A stretch of 64,000 nucleotides of DNA from Ranitomeya imitator (Eukaryota). A model generated the notes under the pieces. The model was not told where the DNA came from and ran no database searches. It saw only the letters and a program-made list of their open reading frames with translations. Where the stretch lies: NCBI RefSeq assembly GCF_032444005.1, contig NC_091288.1, positions 187,116,001-187,180,000 on the forward strand, written 5' to 3'. Below, one piece after another: positions 1-11,313 of this stretch. The position numbers and the translations under genes were made by a program. Every line of letters starts with the position of its first letter. Position 1 is the first letter of the stretch.

Positions 1-2775
1 CTTTCCATGCTTTTATAGGTGGTGTGTCTGCATACATCTTTAGGTGAGTGCTACCATCACTTATACCTATCCCTTACCAGACAGTATTGCCCTATTTTGT
101 GTATGCTCATGTCCCTCTGCAGACCTTCTAAATATTTGCTCTTTATACTAGTTGTTTCGAGGAATAAGAACATAGTTAATCTTACAACAATCCTGTAGGC
201 CAGAACCGACTTAATGTCTAATATCCAAATTCTTACAAGAAAGACGTTAATGATAAACTATGTACAGTGTTACAAGAGTTCACGTGAACGCTCAATGTGG
301 AGCAAAGTATAATAAATAATGGAAGTGGTGCACCAGGCGTGGACGTGCACCCCAACCCCAATGGCGGCCAGAATCACGCAATGGATTCACTGAACCGCTC
401 TGTTCCACCTGATCTATCACACGTGGGCTTCCTCCTCGGCCTTCCATCTGGCAGGGGGTCTGGAAACCGCAAACACATCCGGTGAGGCACACTCCAGTGA
501 CGAGATGTGCCCAATTCATTAAGTGCTGTTCTCCTCTTAATGTGTTGCATCTTTTACTTCTCCATGCCCATCGTTAAGACCACTGTATGAAATGCCAGCC
601 TTAGCGATTCAGCCCAGTGACTGTCTACAGTATGTAACCCAGACATAAGGGGGCAGTATACAGTCAGCCATCAGTAAGTCTTGTATTACACATACTTACA
701 GGAATTGCAAAGTGCCAATAAAAGCATTCTACCAATGTTAATAATAATGTTACTATAGTATAAACACCTCTAATCTTTTTTAAATAAATTCCTATACTTA
801 AGTAGTGTCTCCATTGTTAAATATGCAGATTAAAAAAAAATAAAATAATATCATTACCAAGTAACCTGCTGAAGATATTGTCTTGGCATCTTAGCTCAGA
901 CACCTTGACATGTGTTTCGCATGCTTGCTTCTTCAGGAGTGGAGAAAAGAATAAAGATAATCAACGTCTGATTGGTCGGGGTCCAAAACCCAGCACCACC
1001 ACCGATCAGCTGTCCTAGGTATCGGCCAGAAATGCTCACTTGCAGAGCTGGCTGTCTTCTGATCTGCAGCTGGGGACTGCACATCTGCCTCATTGATTTG
1101 AATAGGAGGCAGATGTGTAGCACCCTGCAGCGGACAGCATCACAAGACGGCCAAGCTCCACAAATGAGCATCTCCGGCCAGTCGCTGGCACCAAGAATAT
1201 CTGATCAGTGGGGCTGCTGGGTGTTGGACCCCAACCGATCACACATTGATGAGCTATCCTATGCAAGCCAAGGCGTGACCTCCTTTCCTTGAGCTGGAAA
1301 TTGAATTACGGTAAATAGCTTTCATAAGGCTGGTGCACCCGGGTCCTCTGTCTGCCCTTATTCACACACCGAGGTCAACTCTGACACTTGGTAAGCCTTT
1401 TAATTGTTCTGTCTCCGCCATCTAATATTGTTACCCTGATTATCTGTTTGCGTAATTGCAGGTTTCTCAGTATAGATGTTCATATCTTTATTTGTTTGTG
1501 ATGCTTTGGCTCCCTCTAGCGGTCAGAGTTATGTTGGCAGTTCAATCTTCTGTTTTTGTATTATCCATGTCTGATTCTCCTCCTCCTTTGCAATGCATTA
1601 TGGTAGCTCAGCCTCCATTTCCCTCCATTTTTCCTTTCATTTTCTTCGGTCTGCCTTCAAGGAAAGACGCTTCACTTCATCCCCCTTGCGATTGCATTGC
1701 TGGTATGTCTTTATGCTTCCTATAGATATTTCTGCTCTATATTAGCTTAGTTTAACCAGTTGTACTCCTAGTTTAGTCACTAGCTTTCTAAATGTTATGC
1801 ATAATGTATATCATGTGTATTATGTATCTGTTCTATGCCATGCACTGATTCTATGTATATCATTGTTCACAGTTTCACCGCATCAATATACCACTACGTT
1901 TAATAAAGCACAGACTCAACCACAGTCTCCTTATTGGACCCCGGTATAGCGGTTTAGCTGACGGGATAGCTACGTGAGCCTGTCTCATTTAGTGAGGACA
2001 GAACATTAATTAGATTAGTGTAGGACCGTCCTGAACAGGGTCACTTGCTGATAGTGGGATGTCTTTTATGTTATTTTTTTTTTTTATCAAAAAGTGTTAC
2101 CAAGAACCCTGTGTTATTTAAATGCATTTTTGCTTTTTACTTATTTAGTTACAGCAGAGTTTGTTCATTTTGCTTCTTGTAGGTTTTGTATGATTTATGG
2201 CCAATGTGAACATGCGTGTATGTGCTGCTTGTATAGCAACTTAAACCAAACGCAATTTTTGTTTTCAATTAGAAATGTAGCATAGTTCTGATTAGCTATG
2301 TGGCATTGCAGTAGCTTAGGTATCCATGGTTATGACCTCTCATAGTTGCTAGTGGTTGTAACCAGGGCCGTATTTAGAGTTTCTGCTGCCCTTGGCACTT
2401 TTAGCGCTGCCTCCCCCATTGGTGAGTATGGCACTATCGGCAGTGACTTTGGCAAGAATCGCTGATGTGAAAGTCGCCTTTTGCACCAGATCGGGCAGTT
2501 TTTCTGCATCTGCCGCGTAACGGATCACTTACGGCAACACTGCGTTTGGCCTCATACATTACCCATGGGATTTGTGGCACTTGCCGTGATCTGGCAGATG
2601 CGGTACCATACCTCCCAACTTTTGAAGAAGGGAAAGAGGTATAAAGTTTGCGGCGCACACAGTGCGCCGTGGCAAATTTTACGCCACGCCTCTGACCACA
2701 CCCACTTCACAACTAGTCACACCCATATCCACGTCCCAACTACACCCATTTAGCACTGATGATCACACTGTTTCA

Positions 2776-4056
2776 TCTATATACATAATTGCCTAAGGGG
2801 TACTTCCGTCTGTCTGTCCTTCTGGCATGGATATTCATTGGTCCTGGCCTCTGTCTATCATGGAAATCCAAGTCGCTGATTGGTCGCCGCGACGGGCACA
2901 CTCCGGAAGAAAATGGCCGCTCCATACTCCCCGCAGTAAGTGGCCGGCGCCCGCTCCCCGCAGTCAGTGTCCCCGGCGCTCCGCTCCCCGTAGTCTGTGT
3001 CCCCGGCGCTCCGCTCCTCGCACGCTCCATACTCCCCTCCGGTCACCTCTAAAACAGGGTTAATATCGGCGGTAGCGCACTCCGTTACCGCCGCTATTAA
3101 CCCTGTGTCCCCAACCTTTTACTATTGATGCTGCCTATGCGGCATCAATAGTAAAAATATGTAATGTTAAAAATAATTTAAAAAAAACCTGCTACACTCA
3201 CCCTCTGCCGCCTTTCTCGCTCCTCTCCACGCTCCCGGCACCGCTCCATTGCAAGCGGCAGGTTCCGCTCCCGTCCCAGGGCTGGTGTGGGACAAGGACC
3301 TGCCGTGACATCAGTCGGTCATGTGACCGCGACGTCATCATAGGTCCTGCTCACACCAGCCCTGGGACGGGACCGCAAGCTGCTGCTTGCAATGGAGTGA
3401 TCCCGGGAGCGTGGAGAGGAGCGAGAAAGGCGGCGGAGGGTAAGTATAGCAGGACTTCAATGGGCTATAGGTGAGTATGTTTTTTTTTTAAGGCTAGGGT
3501 CACATTGCGTTAGTGCAATCCATTTAGCGCTAGCGGATTGCGCTAACGCAATGTTTTCTATGGGGCTGCGGTCGGGGTCACGTCCCCGTTCTCGCAGATC
3601 CCCGATCTGCGAGAGCGGGGAACGGACCGTGGGCGCGCCTCGGACGCTGCAAGCAGCGTCCGCGGCGCGCCAGGAATCACCGGCGCGTCGCTAGCGCGTG
3701 CCGAACATAGCACGCGCTAGTGAAGCGCGTTCCCATTAGCGTGAATGGGCGCGTTAACGGCCGCGTTGCACGGCGTTAATTTCGCCGTGCAACGCTGTCC
3801 GTTTAACGCGGTCCCATAACGCAATGGGAACCTAGCCTAAGTCTATACTACGTGCCTCTGTGCTGGGCAATATACGTGGCTCTGCTATGTACTATGTGGC
3901 TGGGCAACATACTACGTGGCTGGGCAATATCCTATGTGGCTGGGCAATATACTACGTGGCTCTGTGCTGGGCAATATACTACGTGGCTGGGCAATATACT
4001 ACATGGACATGCATATTCTAGAATACCCGATGCGTTAGAATCGGGCCACCATCTAA
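2776..4056 (+). mobile_element. Non-autonomous Helitron-like element
   Basis: Starts TC after an A (2775). Ends with hairpin cccgat-gcgttaga-atcggg (4026-4045), then CTAA (CTAG-like) followed by T. No TSD or TIR. Confidence 0.55.
3492..3837. mobile_element. PIF/Harbinger-type MITE nested in the Helitron-like element
   Basis: TIRs ggctagggtcacattgcgtt and aacgcaatgggaacctagcc; 3-bp TAA TSD (3489-3491, 3838-3840). Confidence 0.7.
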
Positions 4057-4084
4057 TATACAATAATTATAAACAAAAATAAAT

Positions 4085-4714
4085 ATGGCCACACAGTGCT
4101 CCATACTGTATAATGGCCACACATGATTCTCCATACTGTATAATGGCCACACAACATGCTCCATACTGTATAATGGCCCCACATGATGCTCCATACTGTA
4201 TAATGGTCCCACGTGATGCTCCATACTGTATAATGGCCACACGTGATGCTCAATACTGTATAATGGCCACACGTGATGCTCCATACTGTATAATGGACCC
4301 ACGTGATGCTCCATACTGTATAATGGACCCACGTGATGCTCCATACTGTATAATGGCCCCACGTGATGCTCCATACTGTATAATGGCCCCACGTGATGCT
4401 CCATACTGTATAATGGCCCCACGTGATGCTCCATACTGTATAATGGCCCCACGTGATGCTCCATACTGTATAATGGCCCCACGTGATGCTCCATACTGTA
4501 TAATGGCCCCACGTGATGCTCAATACTGTATAATGGCCCCACATGATGCTCAATACTGTATAATGGCCCCACATGATGCTCCATACTGTATAATGGCCCC
4601 ACATGATGCTCCATACTGTATAATGGCCACACATGATGCTCAATACTGTATAAAGGACCCACATGATGCTCCATACTGTATAATAACCCAACATGATGCT
4701 CAATACTGTATAAT
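4085..4714. repeat. 30-bp minisatellite, about 21 units (gtgatgctccatactgtataatggccccac)
   Basis: Direct tandem units visible; produces the 10-aa periodic ORFs in the track. Confidence 0.95.
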
Positions 4715-5090
4715 GCCCCCTCCCATCTTGTATGCGTGGCTCATATTCCCCCCATCCTCCTGTATGCATGGCTCATATTCCCCCCATCCTCCTGTATGCA
4801 TGGCTCATATTCCCCCCATCCTCCTGTATGCATGGCTCATATTCCACCCCCCCCCCTCCTGTATGCATGGCTCATATCCCCCCCTGTATGCATGGCTCAT
4901 AATTCTCCCCCCTCCTGTATGCATGGCTCATATTCCACCCCCCCTCCTGTATGCATGGCTCATAATTCCCCCCCCTGTATGCATGGCTCATAATTCCCCC
5001 CCCCCCCTTCTGTATGCATGGCTCATGATTCCCCCCCACCTCTTGTATGCATGGCTGATGGCTCATAATCCCCTGTATGCATGGCTCATC
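4715..5090. repeat. About 30-33-bp C-rich minisatellite (ctcctgtatgcatggctcatattcccccc)
   Basis: About 11-12 units with variable C-runs, directly adjoining the 30-bp array. Confidence 0.85.
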
Positions 5091-5255
5091 TCTCCACCTC
5101 CCGCTCCTTCTCCCATGGCTCTGCTCCGGGCTCCCCATCCTCTTTCTTCCCCCCCCTGTCCCTCATCCTCACCTGTCCCACACCGCGCGGCCGCGCCAAC
5201 ATCCCTCTGGCTCTGTCCCGACTCCCGGTGCAGCACCTTCTTCCTGAGTGAGCGG

Positions 5256-5325
5256 TCATGTGGTACCGCTCATTAAGGTCATGAATATGCGCATATTCAT
5301 GACCTTAATGAGCGGTACCACATGA
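5256..5325. repeat. 70-bp perfect spacer-less palindrome
   Basis: tcatgtggtaccgctcattaaggtcatgaatatgc followed by its exact reverse complement; centre at 5290/5291. Confidence 0.95.
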
Positions 5326-5415
5326 TATCTGAGACCAGGCATCGCTGGAGCAGGTTGAGTATCGTCTTCAAGGAGGGTGGGTGGGAGGCAGGCGGGCGGG
5401 CAGGGGGGGGGGTCG

Positions 5416-6618
5416 TGTATTGCCAAGTTTTTATCACTAAGGTTCGGATACGGCTTTAAAGAAGGCTACTACTTGCGATATAACGCAATTTTATTTCAAA
5501 GTACAAAATTAAAGGAATAATATGATTGAATAGTATGATTGCGTACACCTTTGTATATTTTAAGATACAAAGTACATACAGTATAAGGATTAAATACATA
5601 TAATGTTTAAGTACATACACTCACATCATCCGTCACCAAGGAGCTTTTAAACATCATCCGTCTGGAAAATCAGAGAAGCAACACCAAGACAGAGAACCCC
5701 TGGAAAATTCACAACACTGCATGGGCGTCCCCAATTATGCAGGTATCTCAACACTGTACACATGTAAGTAGAGGTACACCAGTTTATGCTTCTGTCTTTA
5801 GTCATGTTTCTCTGGCCTTATATAGTGATTTGCACTATGTGTAAGGGTACCATCACACAGTGGCATTTTGATCGCTACGGCGGCACGATCCGTGACGCTC
5901 CAGCATCGTAACAATATCGCTCCAGCGTCGTAGACTGCTGTCACACTTTGCAATGTACGACGCTGGAGCGATAATTTCATGACGTATGTGCGATGTAGAA
6001 GCCGTTGGTTACTATGCGCACATCGTATACACTATCGTGCACACCTTTGTTACACCATGCGATCATGCCGCCACAGCGGGACACTAGACGACGAAAGAAA
6101 GTTTCAAACGATCTGCTACGACGTACGATTCTCAGCGGGGTCCCTGATCGCAGTAGCGTGTCAGACACAGCGAGATCGCTGGAACGTCACGAATACATCG
6201 CTGGAACGTCACAAATCGTGCCGTCGTAGCGATCAACATGCCACTGTGTGACGGTACCTTAACTCTGGTTTCACCCTGCCCTTCAAGAGGCCAGCTTTCA
6301 AGATAGGATGAGACCAAGATATCAGTCATACATCAGACAATGAGCCATAAACCCATAGATACATAAAAGCCCACAAGGGTTAGATAAACCCACCTCAGAC
6401 AGAGGGTTAATAAACCTTGTTTTACAATAACAAACAGAAACATAGGACTGTTTGTGAACTGAAAGGTCTTCAGACAATAAACAGCTCTCAAGATTGTGTC
6501 ACAATGAGCATTGTCTGTCTGTAAATGTATTACAAGAAAGGCTGCTCTATAATGGTCTGAATGCATTCAGTATATTTCAAAATGGACTCAAAATAGCCAT
6601 TTTTATATTCACATTACA
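5416..6618 (-). repeat. ERV 3' LTR, interrupted by a Harbinger MITE
   Basis: Aligns with 10493-11313 once 5845-6262 is removed; minus-strand AATAAA near the left end. Confidence 0.9.
5845..6259. mobile_element. PIF/Harbinger-type MITE in the 3' LTR
   Basis: TIRs gggtaccatcacacagtgg and ccactgtgtgacggtacct; TAA TSD. The empty site gcactatgtttaactttgg is present in the other LTR (about 10945-10965). Confidence 0.85.
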
Positions 6619-6630
6619 TTCCACCCTTGG
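6619..6630 (-). promoter_or_regulatory. Polypurine tract of the ERV
   Basis: Minus strand reads ccAAGGGTGGAA immediately before TGTAATG of the 3' LTR. Confidence 0.7.
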
Positions 6631-6669
6631 CTATTTTGAGCCAAACATTATTTATACAAGGTACCATAT

Positions 6670-7100
6670 CCTAAGGGGACGGTTTTAGTGGACGATTGGC
6701 ATATGGATATTAATGGAAGTGTGCACTGTATACAACAACACAAAGCAATGCATGCACAAATTATAGCAAGATTACTATTATATGTAAAGTTTTAAGTCAC
6801 ATCTTCTATGTCTTCATCTTGGATTAATACCCCTATCAGCTTTGTCCATAACTGTTAAGGGGTCCGTACTGCCACCAGACACGTTTCTAATATATTGGTA
6901 GCAGTAGTAGTCGTTGTCATATAACAATGGCTAGTGTTCATCAGCTGAGCCAAGTAAATCCATAGATTCTGTATGGTCTTCATTAAGCTCCACTTTCCAT
7001 GGTTGGTCTCTTGGTGTTCGGTCTGAAGATCTTTTGGTTAGTGACGGAACTTGATAGGACCATGCACACGGTGGCTGCCACGATGCACCATTTCCAGGTT
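6670..7100 (-). pseudogene. Heavily deleted env-like remnant
   Basis: Manual minus-strand translation gives a hydrophobic signal-like stretch (KWCIVAATVCMVLS), then IYLAQLMNTSHCY, and a TM-tail-like AIICACIALCCCIQC just upstream of the PPT. Fragments are not in one frame. Confidence 0.45.
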
Positions 7101-7305
7101 TTGATCTAAAGGGAAAATATATATTATTCCCTGAGATAACACCTGTCTGTTGGGACGTGTTCCCACTTCTCTTGCCCGGGTTTCATAACTATCAGCACAT
7201 TATTTGCTCCACAAGCAATGACTTCTGCATGTTCTGGAGGACAGATTTTTTTTTTTTTTTACACCATCATTGGTAGGATGTAAGAATCCAAATACTTTAG
7301 CAAAT

Positions 7306-7640
7306 CTAACCTGATGGGCACCCCTCTGGTCTGTGCCCATTGGTAAGTAGCTTTTTATCCCAGGTGCCATGTTTCTGGTGTGCCCACTGAGTCAATCCGA
7401 GCAGTCCCTCAGTGGTGTCAGTCTTTGAACTGGATTCAGAGACTGATATTTTGGAATGTTCATCTGCTACTGAGTTGAAAAGTCTTTCCACTGTATCTGA
7501 AGCACAATAATCATCAGCATTAAACACAGTCACTTTAATTCTTTGTACAATTACCCAGAAATCTTGCCACAACTTTCCCCACACTACAGGATTGGTCCAT
7601 TCAGTAGTAGTAGGCACAAGCACACGGGTCTCTAATAAAT
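7306..7640 (-). pseudogene. pol remnant: RNase H C-terminus and start of the integrase zinc-binding region
   Basis: PVVWGKLWQDFW...KVTVFNADD...ERLFNSVADEHSKI resembles class III RNase H. LTQWAHQK then appears to frameshift into an HLG-type integrase motif. Confidence 0.6.
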
Positions 7641-8293
7641 TCTGTAATTATAACCTTGCGCCCACTGAACTGAACTATTTTGGATTTACATAAATCCAAC
7701 TGTCCTCCACCCTTGTATCTACCAACGCTTTAACATGTTGGCTGTTTTTTTTTTCCAGTTAATCACTAAAGCTACATGAGGGCATCTATCCATTTGTGGG
7801 TTGTGGCCAGCTAGTTAATCACTCTAATTTCCCCTCCCTATTTATCCTCCATTTTAGATGAAGGCATTTTGGTAGGAGATAATGACAGCCCCCTCAGTTG
7901 GGCTTTAAATTCCTGTATCAAGGATTTGACTTCAGCATAAAGATCCTCAATCCCCGGTGCTGTGGGCTTTGACGGAGACAAAAAAGGAGCGGGCCCTCTC
8001 TCTCCCAGTGTCCTGTCTGGCCCCACTGTGGAGATTCAGAATCTTTTACTGTAACCTTTTCATTATGCGACACCTGACTTTTTATTAATTCCACTCTTTT
8101 GATGCAATTTCCACATCGCATCAGTACCAATCCCATCTATTTTATCCCTGTGGACGCCATCCTTTATTAAGGCCCTAAACATATATTTCCGTGTAATACG
8201 GGTCCTAGGATTGTAATTACTTTTGACCTCATTCTGCTCTTCAGCGGGAAAATTACCATTTTGCTTGGGACCCCAATCTCCCAGATCCATTAA

Positions 8294-9020
8294 AGGTACC
8301 GTCACACTAGACGATATCGCTAGCGATCCGTGACGTTGCAGCGTCCTGGCTAGCGATATCGTCCAGTGTGACAGGCAGCAGCGATCAGGCCCTTGCTGTG
8401 CTATCGCTGGTCGGGGAAGAAAGTCCAGAACTTTGTTTCGTCGCTGGATCTCCCGCTGACATCGCTGAATCAGCGTGTGTGACGCCGATTCAGCGATGTC
8501 TTCGCTGGTAACCAGGGTAAACGTCAGGTTACTAAGCGCAGGGCCGCGCTTAGTAACCCGATGTTTACCCTGGTTACCATCGTTAAAGTAAAAAAAACCA
8601 ACCACTACATACTTACCTACCGCTGTCTGTCCCCGGCGCTCAGCTTCTCTGCACTCCTTCTGTACTGGCTGTGAGCACAGCGGCCGGAAAGCAGAGCGGT
8701 GACGTCACCGCTCTGCTTTCCGGCTGCCCGGCGCTCACAGCCAGAGCAGAGAAGCACAGCGCCGGGGACAGACAGCGGTAGGTAAGTATGTAGTGGTTGT
8801 TTTTTTTTACTTTAACGATTGTAACCAGGGTAAACATCGGGTTACTAAGCGCGGCCCTGCGCTTAGTAACCCGATGTTTACCCTGGTTACCGGGGACCTT
8901 GGGATCGTTGGTCGCTGGAGAGCGGTCTGTGTGACAGCTCTCCAGCGACCAAACAGTGACGCTGCAGCGATCCGGATCATTGTCGGTATCGCTGCAGCGT
9001 CGCTTAGTGTGACGTTACCT
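8294..9020. mobile_element. PIF/Harbinger-type non-autonomous element in gag
   Basis: TIRs aggtaccgtcacact and agtgtgacgttacct; TAA TSD (8291-8293, 9021-9023); internal palindromes ggtaaacatcgggttactaagcgc...gcgcttagtaacccgatgtttacc. Confidence 0.85.
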
Positions 9021-9903
9021 TAACTGTCGGATTGCCTCCAATGTACTGGCAATTGTTTTCCCAGTCTGATTTACCATTAGCATCATCATGATATGTTTAT
9101 AAGCTGGAGGGGCGTTTCTAATGATATGATTTCTAACAGATACACTTACAACAACTTGCATATAATCATCATAGGTTTTTGCTGAAATAGCATTTTTCAT
9201 GACCTCCTCCTTCAACCTCTGAGCACAATCTTTCAACGTAAACCATGGCTTTTCATTGGGCGGCCAGTCCGCCTCAGATGGGTATTTATGCTGCAATGCC
9301 ATAGCCACAACATCAAGCATACTACACACCACATGTGGTTGCTGGATTATCAAAGTACGGAATGCCTCCTTCACTAGAGGCTCATGACTGAGTTGGACAA
9401 ATTTGGGGCCATCCGCAGCGTCCACCTGTACTCCATGAGGCCCCATCTCCCATAATCTGACTGCCCAAGCTACCAGGGATTCCTTTGACTTTTGAGAAAA
9501 ACGTTCATGAAGATCATTAAGCTCCTTCTGACTGTAATCCTGTACTGCATTCTCATTCCGTCTGCCTGTCGCTGTCTCTACAATCCGTCTCCGATATATA
9601 GGATGAGCTTTCACTGGGTTAAGAGGAGGATCAATTTCCCTCTTCCCATGGAAATGTTCATCCTCAGACTCGGGATCGGTGATGTTTTCGGAGTCAGTTG
9701 AATTCCAAATATCACCATCCCACTGATCGGGGTCCCACGCTATCCCTGCTCTGGCTATGGCCAAAGCCACTTAGTTCTTATTCACCTTCCCTCGCCTCTT
9801 TCTGTACTTATACTCTGCTACACATACGGCAGCCTTTTCTGCAACATGCTGATATCCATCACATCTGTCCATTAATAACTTATTCTGACATTGTGCTCTA
9901 ACC

Positions 9904-10065
9904 CAGGGGTCCCCAACTCCAGTCCTCAAGGCCCACCAACAGGTCATGTTTTCAGGATTTCCTTTGCATTGCACAGGTGATGCAATTATTACCTGGGCAA
10001 GACTAAGGAAATCCTGAAAACATGACATGTTGGTGGGCCTTGAGGACTGGAGTTGGGGACCCCTG
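9904..10065. mobile_element. hAT MITE (162 bp) in gag
   Basis: Perfect TIRs caggggtccccaactccagtcctcaaggcccaccaaca; exact 8-bp TSD ctctaacc (9896-9903, 10066-10073). Confidence 0.95.
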
Positions 10066-10469
10066 CTCTAACCAATGCATTCTGGGCCTCACACAACTGT
10101 TTTTCCAATTTCTGGACTCTTGTTAACATACGTATTCTTTCCTCATGCTGTTTTCTATATGCGGACAACAATATCCATCCGCGCCTAGCAATAGCGCCCA
10201 ACTCTTTACCTTTCTCCACTTTAACTTTCTGTAAGCATGCAACAACATCAGCAGGTTCAGCATCCTTCAAACATTTGTCCCATGCTTCACCCAAACCAGC
10301 ACTGTGCGACCACTTGGTCGCCAAAATATCATAGAGAGCCTGTTCCCAACCTGGAATCTCAATAGACTCACTTACAATCACCTTTTTCTTAAAGAGAGGC
10401 ATGTTTTACACAATATCACACTATCACACAGAGTCCTGTTAATATTATAAACTTCTGAGCCTTCTGCGT

Positions 10470-10487
10470 ATCCTGCCGACTACGCCA
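10470..10487 (-). promoter_or_regulatory. Primer-binding site complementary to tRNA-Ser
   Basis: Plus strand atcctgccgactacgcca equals, as I recall it, the 3' 18 nt including CCA of vertebrate tRNA-Ser(AGA/TGA). Lies 5 nt inside the 5' LTR boundary. Confidence 0.9.
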
Positions 10488-10492
10488 AATTA

Positions 10493-11313
10493 TGTATTGC
10501 CAAGTTTTTATCACTAAGGTTCGGATACGGCGTTAAAGAAGGCTACTACTTGCGATATAACGCAATTTTATTTCAAAGTACAAAATTAAAGGAATAATAT
10601 GATTGAATAGTATGATTGCGTACACCTTAGTATATTTTAAGATACAAAGAACATACAGTATAAGGATTGAATTCATATGAATAAGAACATATAAGGATTA
10701 AATACATATAATGATTAAGTACATATACTCACATCATCCGTCACCAAGGAGCTTTTAAACATCATCCGTCTGTAAAATCAGAGAAGCAACACCAAGACAG
10801 AGAACCCCTGGAAAATTCACAATACTGCATGGGCGTCCCCAATTATGCAGGTATCTCAACACTGTACACATGTAAGTACAGTTACACCAGTTTATGCTTC
10901 TGTCTTAGTCATGTTTCTCTGGTTGGTCTTATATATAGTGATTTGCACTATGTTTAACTTTGGTTTCACCCTGCCCTTCAAGTGGCCAGCTTTCAAGATA
11001 GGATGAGACCAAGATATCAGTCATACATCAGACAATGGGCCATAAACCCATAGATACATAAAAGCCCACAAGGGTTTGATAAACCCACCTCAGCCAGAGG
11101 GTTAATAAACCTTGTTTTACAATAACAAACAGAAACATAGGACTGTTTGTGAACTGAAAGGTCTTCAGACAATAAACAGCTCTCAAGATTGTGTCACAAT
11201 GAGCATTGTCTATCTGTAAATGTATGACAACAAATGCTGCTCTATAATGGTCTGAATGCATTCAGTATATTTCAAAATGGACTCAAAATAGCTATTTATA
11301 TATTCACATTACA
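10493..11313 (-). repeat. ERV 5' LTR (821 bp)
   Basis: tgtattgcc...cacattaca; direct repeat of 5416-6618 with scattered substitutions and small indels. Confidence 0.9.

Larger units (their letters stand above)
7838..10402 (-). pseudogene. ERV-L/ERV-S-type gag, disrupted
   Basis: ORFs 9989-10402, 9771-10028, 9015-9770 and 8063-8605 join into one frame of about 480 codons after removing two MITEs plus one TSD copy each (NALVRAQCQN and IRQLMDLGDW junctions). One internal TAA at 9771-9773. Motifs WDPDQWDGDIW and LIKDGVHRDKIDG. C-terminal tail (PTAPGIEDLY) lies in shifted frames. Confidence 0.85.
5416..11313 (-). mobile_element. Internally deleted class III (ERV-S/ERV-L-like) endogenous retrovirus
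   Basis: Two near-identical LTRs (TG...CA), tRNA-Ser PBS, purine tract, gag with the WDPxxWDGDIW motif, and RNase H/integrase and env-like remnants. No RT or protease found. Confidence 0.9.

Noticed and set aside
292-519. Short ORFs at the window start (62-75 aa)
   Set aside because: No recognisable homology and no convincing splice sites keeping a frame open; possibly a decayed LINE fragment.
1289-2005. Possible solo LTR (AATAAA near 1901, ends in ACA)
   Set aside because: Could not find matching TG...CA boundaries with a TSD.
4018-5276. Long ORFs of 218-387 aa on both strands
   Set aside because: They are translations of the 30-bp and about 32-bp minisatellites (10-aa periodicity, open in several frames); no domain or splice evidence.
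7838-10402. Domesticated Fv1-like gag restriction gene
   Set aside because: The ORF has an in-frame stop and two frame-breaking MITE insertions and still lies between two LTRs; it is a decaying provirus.
10470-10487. tRNA-Ser gene
   Set aside because: Only the 3' 18 nt including CCA match; this is a retroviral PBS. The A/B boxes at about 25900-25963 and 41790-41840 are SINE heads, not tRNA genes.
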